In this document: one piece after another, positions 57,470 through 64,000 of the stretch
Layout: every line of letters starts with the position of its first letter
Position numbering within the stretch: the first letter of the stretch is position 1
Source of the DNA: Kiritimatiellia bacterium
GTDB lineage: Bacteria; Verrucomicrobiota; Kiritimatiellia; RFP12; UBA1067
Reading direction: 5' to 3'
NCBI GenBank assembly: GCA_045598585.1
Contig: JAZLMG010000057.1
Coordinates: 9,832 to 73,831, forward strand
Length of the DNA: 64,000 nt
Notes under the pieces: generated by a model
Told to the model about the DNA's origin: nothing
Seen by the model: the letters and a program-made list of their open reading frames with translations, nothing else
Databases searched by the model: none
Program-made: the position numbers and the translations under genes

Positions 57470-58419
57470 GCCCTCGGATGATTGCGTAAAAATTCATCTT
57501 TCAGTCGTTCGACCGAAACATGGGTGTAAATCTGAGTAGTGGACAGAGACGCATGTCCCAGCATTTCCTGTACGCTTCGCAAATCCGCGCCTGCATCAAG
57601 AAGATGCGTCGCGAAACTGTGACGAAGTTTGTGGGGCGTGACATCACCGGGAAGCCCCGCCTCATACAAATACCGCTTCATTTGGCGCTGAACAAGCCGA
57701 GAATAGATGCGCTTGAAGTCCTTGTCGCAAATGAATACCGGCGCATCATCGATTACCAGCTCTTCATCTTTACGCTCGAGAATCTTGCGCAGCGCACGCA
57801 ATGCGCGAACCGCCGGATCGCCGAAGATTACCAATCTCGTTTTCTCACCCTTGCCGATTACGAAGGCCGTTCCTTTTTGGAGATCGATATCACCCCAGTC
57901 CAAGGAAATTATCTCGCTTAAACGGCAACCGGTCGAATAAAGCGCCTCAAAGAGCGCCGTATCACGAAAGGCGACATGTTGTCTGATCGTTCCTTCCGCA
58001 AAATCTTTAAGTGGTTGCGCTAGAAATTTATCGATATCCGTCGAGGATAATACTCGAGGAAGCTTTTTCTCTTGCTTGGGAGGGCGCAAATAGGCACTGG
58101 GATCAGTGACGAGCACTCCGTTTCGGACCAAGTAACGCAAGAACGAACGAAGCGATGCCAATTTCCTATGTACGGTAGTTGCGCTCAAGCCATCCGCAAG
58201 GAAATTCATCAAATATCGACGAATATCGACATCGGTAATAGAAGCCCAATTGAACGGGGGCTTTTTCTCCGCTCCGAATTTGAAAGTGGCGAACTGACCG
58301 AGATCTTGGAGATAATTGACCCTGGTCAATTCGCTACTCCCTCTCTCGCCGACGAGATAAGACTCGAATCGTTGTACGACCGAATCCTCGAGAAGCGATT
58401 TATTCTGGTAGAGCGTCAT
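57466..58419 (-). CDS. xerC: Tyrosine recombinase XerC/XerD family
   Basis: N-terminal SAM-like domain and C-terminal catalytic R...HxxR...Y (HKLRHSFATHLL, TQIYTHV). Confidence 0.85.
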   Translation of the reverse strand: MTLYQNKSLLEDSVVQRFESYLVGERGSSELTRVNYLQDLGQFATFKFGAEKKPPFNWASITDVDIRRYLMNFLADGLSATTVHRKLASLRSFLRYLVRNGVLVTDPSAYLRPPKQEKKLPRVLSSTDIDKFLAQPLKDFAEGTIRQHVAFRDTALFEALYSTGCRLSEIISLDWGDIDLQKGTAFVIGKGEKTRLVIFGDPAVRALRALRKILERKDEELVIDDAPVFICDKDFKRIYSRLVQRQMKRYLYEAGLPGDVTPHKLRHSFATHLLDAGADLRSVQEMLGHASLSTTQIYTHVSVERLKDEFLRNHPRA

Positions 58420-60940
58420 TGTTTTTCGCGTCGAATTCGAGCCCCAATTCCGCGATATGCTCGGCGAAATAAGGAATCTTCTCGCGATAAGCGTAAGCCA
58501 AACGTTTCAAAGCCGTTACTTGCCTAGGAGAAAGCTGTCCACGACGCGAGAATTGATCGGCAATCGATTTGAGGAAGCTCTCGTCATCATAGACGCGCTT
58601 ACCCTTCTTGGCAACAGGTCGCCAATCGGTGAAGCCCTTGAAACCATCGACTATCTTTTTCGTTGCAGGATCGTAATCGACCTTCGTAAAGCCGCCTTCG
58701 ACATATTGCTCAAGTTTCGCGCGAATTTCTTCGACATCATCGAGCGAACCAGCATTCTCGCCGACATTACGAGCAAGAATCGCGAACTGCTTCATCGACA
58801 ATCCCTTGCCGCGATCATATTGAAGCTTGAGCGATTTAAGGAAGTCATTCGTCTTAAGTCCGGGAATTCGCTCCAAGACCTCAAAGCAATACTTGCAAAG
58901 TTCATCATCGGCCTTCGGCGCGAGATTGACGCCTGCGGAAAGTCCAGCTTCTTTGAGCTTTTCGTCAAGCCCCTCGATTTGATCGGAATATGCAATCGCC
59001 ATACGAACGAGGAATTCGAGTTGGCGAGCGCTTAACGGCTTATCGCCCGATTCCGCCTGTTCCTTTACACTGTCTACAAACGCTTTGTCATCGTAGACAC
59101 GCTTGCCGATCTTTTTCGCCAGTTTCCAATTCTTGACCTCACTCAAAAGCTCGAAAACGAGGTCAAACTTTTCGCGATCCGGCGGTGGCTCGGCGGTTCC
59201 ACCCAAGTCTTTCATGAACTTGAGATAAAATTCGCTGAGCATCTGATTCATCGGCTCGCCCTCTTCCTCGACCTTATCGAGTTCCGCTTCCATCTCGGCG
59301 GTATACCCGACATTGAAAAGCGAATCCATCTTCTTTGTAAGCCAGTCCGAAACAAGAATACCGCGCTCCAAAGGAACGAGTTTCTTCTTCTCGGTTTTCG
59401 CGTAGTCACGCGCTTTCAAAGTTTCAATCGTCTGCGCATAAGTCGAAGGACGACCGACGCCGTTTTCTTCCAGCGCCTTAATAAGACTCGCTTCGCTATA
59501 ATGCGTAGGTCCCTTCGTCTTCTTTTCGTCCGAGAGCCACCTGATCGCTTCCAGCATTTCGCCGATTTCGACCTTAGGAAGATAAGCGACTTCATCGCTG
59601 TCATCGTCTTCCTCTTCCTCGCCCGCCTTTTTCTTCTTGAGCGAGAGCTTCATGACCTTCAAGAAACCCTCGAAGTCGATAGTCGTCGCGGAAGCGGTGA
59701 AGACGTATTCATGCTTAAGATGCGGTGCTTCGGCGATGATCGTAATCGTTCTTACGGTCGTCTTCGCGTCAGCCATCTGGCTCGCCAAAAAGCGTCGCCA
59801 AATAAGATCGTAAAGTTTGAGCTCTGCCGCTTCGAGATTCATCTTTGCAGGGACGTTCTCGACATGTGTCGGACGAATCGCTTCGTGCGCCTCTTGAGCT
59901 TGCACGCCCTTCTGAACTTTCGCCTTGAAGAAATTCGGCGTTTCAGGATAGAACTTAGGTCCGAACGAGGTTTCGATAAACGCTTTCGCTGCAGCTCTCG
60001 CTTGCTCGGAAATATTCACCGAGTCCGAACGCATGTAGGTAATGTGGCCGTGTTCGTACAAAGATTGCGCGAGTTTCATCGTCTTCCCGGGCGAAAAGCC
60101 GAGAACGGAGGAAGCCGCTTGCTGCAAAGTCGAAGTCGTGAACGGAGGAAGCGTGTGACGCGTCTTCGGTTGCGCCTTCAGATCGGAAACTTTTAAGGAC
60201 GCCTCCGAAAGCTCGAGAAGCATGGTGTTCGCGACTTCCGGCGTCTTGATTTCCGGCTTCTTGCCGTCAAGACGCGAGAGCTTCGCGACGAAAGTATCTT
60301 TATCACCGACCTTTTTCGCTTCGACACCCATTAAGAAGTACACCTCGGGAGTGAAGCCATCGATTTCGCGTTGACGCTCGACCAATAGTCTGAGTGCGAC
60401 CGACTGAACGCGTCCCGCCGAAAGCGAACGATTATTCGCACAGTTGATATTCTTCCAAAGAAGCGGCGAAACCTTATAGCCGACGAGACGATCGAGAATT
60501 CGGCGTGCTTGCTGAGCGTCGACACGCGGCATATCAATCTCGCGCGGCTCGGCTACGGCCTTCAGAACCGCCGACTTCGTGATTTCATTATAAGTGACGC
60601 GATGAAACGGCTTCGAACCCGCGACAGGCGAAAGGACTTCTTTCAAATGCCAAGCGATAGCTTCTCCTTCGCGGTCAGGATCGCTTGCGAGATAGATTGC
60701 ATCCGAGGACTTAACCGCCGCCTTAAGTTCGTTTACGACTTTGGTCTTGCCATCGGAAATCTCGTACTTCGGCTCGAAAGTCCAGCGATTTTGCCCCGCT
60801 TCGGTAATCTTGATCGCGCTATTCTCTTTCGGGAGATCGCGGATATGCCCGACCGAACTCTTGACGATAAAGTCCGAGCCCAAGTATTTGCCGATTGTCT
60901 TCGCCTTGGCGGGAGATTCTACGATCAGGAGATTCTTCAT
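58400..60940 (-). CDS. topA: DNA topoisomerase I with non-zinc C-terminal tandem repeat domains
   Basis: 846 aa. Toprim [16 protein letters not shown] and the catalytic Tyr region. The C-terminus lacks Cys4 ribbons and carries two copies of a ~45-aa GKRVYDD...LSxRQ...AYAY module. Confidence 0.9.
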   Translation of the reverse strand: MKNLLIVESPAKAKTIGKYLGSDFIVKSSVGHIRDLPKENSAIKITEAGQNRWTFEPKYEISDGKTKVVNELKAAVKSSDAIYLASDPDREGEAIAWHLKEVLSPVAGSKPFHRVTYNEITKSAVLKAVAEPREIDMPRVDAQQARRILDRLVGYKVSPLLWKNINCANNRSLSAGRVQSVALRLLVERQREIDGFTPEVYFLMGVEAKKVGDKDTFVAKLSRLDGKKPEIKTPEVANTMLLELSEASLKVSDLKAQPKTRHTLPPFTTSTLQQAASSVLGFSPGKTMKLAQSLYEHGHITYMRSDSVNISEQARAAAKAFIETSFGPKFYPETPNFFKAKVQKGVQAQEAHEAIRPTHVENVPAKMNLEAAELKLYDLIWRRFLASQMADAKTTVRTITIIAEAPHLKHEYVFTASATTIDFEGFLKVMKLSLKKKKAGEEEEDDDSDEVAYLPKVEIGEMLEAIRWLSDEKKTKGPTHYSEASLIKALEENGVGRPSTYAQTIETLKARDYAKTEKKKLVPLERGILVSDWLTKKMDSLFNVGYTAEMEAELDKVEEEGEPMNQMLSEFYLKFMKDLGGTAEPPPDREKFDLVFELLSEVKNWKLAKKIGKRVYDDKAFVDSVKEQAESGDKPLSARQLEFLVRMAIAYSDQIEGLDEKLKEAGLSAGVNLAPKADDELCKYCFEVLERIPGLKTNDFLKSLKLQYDRGKGLSMKQFAILARNVGENAGSLDDVEEIRAKLEQYVEGGFTKVDYDPATKKIVDGFKGFTDWRPVAKKGKRVYDDESFLKSIADQFSRRGQLSPRQVTALKRLAYAYREKIPYFAEHIAELGLEFDAKNNDALPE

Positions 60941-62601
60941 TTAAGACTCGCTCCCGTCGAAGCGTTGCCGACAAATTTTGCATAACGCTCGAGCCAGCCG
61001 CCCTTGATACGCGGGCTCCAGGGCTTCGCGGCCTTTTTACGCTTAGCGATTTCGCTCTTCGAGAGGTTTGCGTTGATCGCGCGATTCGGGATATCGATGG
61101 TGATTTCATCGCCGTCTTTGATGAGCCCGATAAGGCCGCCTTCCGCAGCTTCGGGCGAGACGTGACCGACACAAGCACCATGCGTCGCGCCCGAGAATCG
61201 TCCGTCGGTAATGAGCGCTACCGACTCGCCCAAGCCCGCGCCGATGATATAGCTCGTCGGAGCGAGCATTTCCTGCATGCCGGGGCCGCCCTTCGGTCCT
61301 TCATAGCGAATGACGACGACGTGACCGGGCTTGACCTTGCCACCCAAAATACCTTCACAGGCCTCTTCCTGAGAGTCGAAGCAAATCGCCTTACCCGTGA
61401 AATTCATCATCGAAGGCGCGACGCCGCCCTTTTTGACGACACTGCCGCGCTCGGCGAGGTTACCCCAAAGAACCGCGAGACCACCATCCTTCGAATAGGG
61501 ATTATCGAGCGTGCGGATAACGTCATCATCCGTGATCTTCGCCGCCTTGATCTGCTGGCCCAAGGTCTTACCCGAGACCATGGGAGTATCAAGATGGAGA
61601 AGTTCTTTCGGAAGTCGCTTCAAAATGCCCATGATGCCGCCCGCGCGATCAAGATCTGAAACGTGATAGTGCCCGGAGGGAGCGAGCTTGCAGATATAGG
61701 GCGTACGCTTCGAAAGCTCGTTCATGCGCTCCAAGGTAAAGTCAACATAGGCTTCACGAGCAATAGCGAGCGTATGAAGAACCGTGTTCGTCGACCCGCC
61801 CATAGCCATATCGAGAGTAAGCGCGTTATCGAGCGACTCCTTCGTGACGAGTTCCTTCGGGAGCGGGCCGCCTTTCTTCGCCATCTGAACGATACGTTTC
61901 GCCGCGGCCTTCCAGAGTTCTTCGCGCTTCGGGTCGATTGCGAGAATCGAGCCGTTTCCGGGAAGCGCGAGGCCGAGCGCTTCGTAGAGGCAGTTCATCG
62001 AGTTCGCCGTGAACATACCCGAGCACGAGCCGCAGCCGGGACAAGAAGTCTCTTCGATTTTCTCGAGATCTTTCGCGGTGATCTTCCCCGCGTTTTCCGC
62101 GCCGACACCCTCGAAGACGGTGTTGAGATCGGAATCTTTCTTCGTTAGCGGATGCTTACCGGGCGCCATCGGGCCACCCGAAGCGAAAATCGTCGGGATA
62201 TTGAGGCGAAGAGCGCCGAGGAGCATTCCGGGCACGATCTTGTCGCAGTTGGGAACGCAAATCATCGCGTCGAAGCAGTGAGCACGCGCAATAGATTCGA
62301 CCGAATCGGCGATAAGTTCGCGGCTCGGGAGCGAGTACTTCATGCCCTGATGTGCCATTGCGATGCCATCGCAAACGGCTATCGTGTTGAATTCCATCGG
62401 GACGCCGCCAGCTTCGATAATGGCCTTTTTGAGAAGCTCACCTACTTTATTGAGGTGGCAGTGACCGGGGACGAAAGATTCGTACGAGTTGCAAATACCG
62501 ATGAACGGCTTCTTCATATCGGCTCTCTTCATGCCGGTCGCGAAGAAAAGCGAGCGGTGAGGAGCGCGTTCTTTACCTTTTTTGACGTTATCCGAAATCA
62601 T
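60937..62601 (-). CDS. ilvD: Dihydroxy-acid dehydratase
   Basis: Start at MISDNVKKG (M132 of the ORF) with GGAGG Shine-Dalgarno. ILVD_EDD family motifs (CDGIAMAH, Fe-S Cys). The TGA overlaps the topA ATG (ATGA). Confidence 0.9.
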   Translation of the reverse strand: MISDNVKKGKERAPHRSLFFATGMKRADMKKPFIGICNSYESFVPGHCHLNKVGELLKKAIIEAGGVPMEFNTIAVCDGIAMAHQGMKYSLPSRELIADSVESIARAHCFDAMICVPNCDKIVPGMLLGALRLNIPTIFASGGPMAPGKHPLTKKDSDLNTVFEGVGAENAGKITAKDLEKIEETSCPGCGSCSGMFTANSMNCLYEALGLALPGNGSILAIDPKREELWKAAAKRIVQMAKKGGPLPKELVTKESLDNALTLDMAMGGSTNTVLHTLAIAREAYVDFTLERMNELSKRTPYICKLAPSGHYHVSDLDRAGGIMGILKRLPKELLHLDTPMVSGKTLGQQIKAAKITDDDVIRTLDNPYSKDGGLAVLWGNLAERGSVVKKGGVAPSMMNFTGKAICFDSQEEACEGILGGKVKPGHVVVIRYEGPKGGPGMQEMLAPTSYIIGAGLGESVALITDGRFSGATHGACVGHVSPEAAEGGLIGLIKDGDEITIDIPNRAINANLSKSEIAKRKKAAKPWSPRIKGGWLERYAKFVGNASTGASLK

Positions 62602-62603
62602 TT

Positions 62604-63233
62604 TTACTTGGCCTCCGGCTTCTTGAAAATATAGATTTTGTTTTCGTTGCCCGCAATCAAGCGGCCGATATTGGCGCGATGCTTGTAGACGACGAACGCG
62701 GCGATTAAAGTGACGAGAATGGCTTGAGGAAGATTCGCATAGCCGGGATAACCGAGTACGGGAATCCAGATCATAATGCCGATGAAAGTCGCCGCGCCAC
62801 AGCTCCCAAGCGAGATATAGTTGGAGCAGGCGAAGAGCGCGACGAAGACGAGGAAGGTAATCCCCATAAGTCCGGGGACGAGCCCGAAAAGCATTCCCGC
62901 GCCGGTCGCGACGCCCTTGCCGCCTTTGAATTTCATATAAGGCGTAAGCATATGACCAACGGCGCAAGTTACGCCGACTACGAGCGGGAGCCAATGCGCA
63001 TTACCGAAGACGCAGGTTGCCGCGTAAGTCGGTCCGAAGCCCTTCATCATATCGAGGAAAAGTGCCAAAAAGCCCCACTTCTTGCCTACCGTGCGGAAAA
63101 CGTTGGTAGCGCCGATATTCTTTGAGCCCACGGTTCTAACGTCTACACCGCGGCACTTACCGATAATGAAACCGAAGGGAATGCCGCCGATGAGATACGC
63201 GGCGAGAAGCCAGAGAACGATTTGAGTCGTCAT
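62604..63233 (-). CDS. plsY: Glycerol-3-phosphate acyltransferase
   Basis: Start at [10 protein letters not shown] (M40 of the ORF). [13 protein letters not shown] PlsY signature. Confidence 0.85.
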   Translation of the reverse strand: MTTQIVLWLLAAYLIGGIPFGFIIGKCRGVDVRTVGSKNIGATNVFRTVGKKWGFLALFLDMMKGFGPTYAATCVFGNAHWLPLVVGVTCAVGHMLTPYMKFKGGKGVATGAGMLFGLVPGLMGITFLVFVALFACSNYISLGSCGAATFIGIMIWIPVLGYPGYANLPQAILVTLIAAFVVYKHRANIGRLIAGNENKIYIFKKPEAK

Positions 63234-64000
63234 TTTCGATGATCCTTTCCAATGAATTCCGTTTTCGCCCTCCTCGCAAGAAGCCCTCTCGCGAAGTGAA
63301 CGCCATAAGTCATATGCGTTAAGACAACTCCCAAAGCGGTAAGCACCCACGTCAGGGGGTTAATCGCAATGGTCGTCATCATTATTAGTATACCATAAAT
63401 CGCATACAAAGGCCATAGTAAAGGTAAAAGGAAAAATCCCACGACGAAAACCGTCGGGACGAAATACGAGAGCTTTAGCGAGTTAGACGGATAGTTTTTT
63501 ACGAAATAACCGCGATGAAACGCCCAACGCGAGAGCTGACGAAAGTGTGCGAGGATTGAGTCACGGCGATGATGATAGACGAGCGCCCACGGATCGTAAA
63601 CTATGCGGAAGCCCGAATCGATAATGTCTTTGCAAAGAAGCGTATCTTCGCCGAACGAATAATCGGTCCTGAAGCCGCCGATCTTTTCGAGAAGCGACTT
63701 CCTGACGAGGAGATTACACGAAGGATAATCGTCGACATCTCGCCTGACGCCGCCCGCGACATAACGATAACGAAAGCCTCCGGAGACGAAGATGTTTTCG
63801 TAAATGCGTCCGGAGATTCTGGCGAGATACTTGTCCTTCGGCGGAGTGACTCCCGGGCCTCCTACCGCGCCGATCTTCGCTTCCCCGAAATACTTTACCG
63901 CATATTCGAGCCAATGTTCCTCCGGATATGCATCGTCATCGATAAAAGCTACGATCTCCCCCTTCGCTTCTTTGATTCCTTGATTGCGCTTCTTAGCGGG
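63230..64000 (-). CDS. Glycosyltransferase family 2-like membrane protein, C-terminal part (gene continues right of window)
   Basis: Frame open to the window edge. GT-A region (GGPGV..., DYSFGEDTLLC) and C-terminal TM helices. The 70-aa ORF at 63230-63442 is its in-frame tail. Confidence 0.55.
   Translation of the reverse strand, partial: PAKKRNQGIKEAKGEIVAFIDDDAYPEEHWLEYAVKYFGEAKIGAVGGPGVTPPKDKYLARISGRIYENIFVSGGFRYRYVAGGVRRDVDDYPSCNLLVRKSLLEKIGGFRTDYSFGEDTLLCKDIIDSGFRIVYDPWALVYHHRRDSILAHFRQLSRWAFHRGYFVKNYPSNSLKLSYFVPTVFVVGFFLLPLLWPLYAIYGILIMMTTIAINPLTWVLTALGVVLTHMTYGVHFARGLLARRAKTEFIGKDHRK

Noticed and set aside
57466-58419. Tyrosine recombinase as a sign of an integrated mobile element or prophage.
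   Set aside because: There are no phage, transposase or tRNA-att features and no flanking repeats. It sits between topA and a housekeeping zinc-ribbon gene, consistent with a chromosomal XerC/XerD dimer-resolution recombinase.
63230-63442. 70-aa ORF called as a separate small membrane protein.
   Set aside because: It is in-frame and continuous with the open frame running to the window edge. It is the C-terminal tail of the partial GT2 glycosyltransferase.
1-64000. CRISPR arrays, tRNA or rRNA genes, insertion sequences and long direct or inverted repeats.
   Set aside because: None were seen. Intergenic space is almost nil. The only recurring element is the 17-18 nt promoter motif, which has non-conserved flanks.

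Overview
This 64 kb window is a very gene-dense, high-GC (roughly 57-60%) stretch of bacterial chromosome. It is almost entirely housekeeping and biosynthetic genes. No rRNA, tRNA, CRISPR array, insertion sequence or prophage is visible.

Four plus-strand genes at the left end form one translationally coupled unit: guaB, lepB, a membrane-anchored Hanks-type Ser/Thr kinase, and ilvA. From about 6.5 kb to the right edge, every recognisable gene is on the minus strand. These genes are packed with 0-20 nt spacers or with overlapping start and stop codons (ATGA, TAATG, TTGA).

Reading 5' to 3' on the minus strand, the array runs as follows:
- a partial GT2 glycosyltransferase, plsY, ilvD, topA, xerC and an FmdB zinc-ribbon gene;
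- dapA, a secreted hypothetical, era, a TPR protein, exbB, exbD, an unknown membrane protein, pyrE, ribBA and a GNAT gene;
- an RRM RNA-binding protein followed by leuA-leuC-leuD-leuB;
- aroQ, a TetR regulator, alr, a DAHP synthase, pheA, aroB, aroA, aroC, tyrA, a fused aroE-aroK and an acyl-CoA ligase;
- a five-gene LPS or glycan cluster (GT2, GT25, GT, a sulfatase/EptA-like protein, GT4-like);
- an XRE-cupin regulator, accD, accA, panB, pfk, hisH, hisF and metG;
- a TadC-like protein, an FHA membrane protein, a PEGA protein, tlyA, pdp, a non-canonical GspG-like pseudopilin, thiC, thiD, a two-domain carbohydrate esterase and queE;
- an M18 aminopeptidase, an aminotransferase and an acidic-tail membrane protein.

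The two most interesting sequence-level signals are these:
- A candidate leucine-codon leader peptide, with anti-terminator and terminator hairpins, sits between the RRM gene and leuA. It has the architecture of a classical leu attenuator.
- A nearly invariant 17-18 nt element, GGAAATATG(A/G)TATAATA(C/T), recurs five times. It is an extended -10 promoter. Each copy lies 5-25 nt upstream of a minus-strand start codon and marks transcription-unit starts inside the long co-directional array. One copy contains the leuB stop codon, and two would give near-leaderless mRNAs.

The gene content is consistent with a PVC-superphylum-like genome (Lentisphaerae, Verrucomicrobia or Kiritimatiellae-like), but this is low confidence. 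Supporting features are a pseudopilin-like GspG protein, PEGA, FHA and Ser/Thr-kinase genes, sulfatase-family proteins, an RRM protein and a long-type phosphofructokinase.
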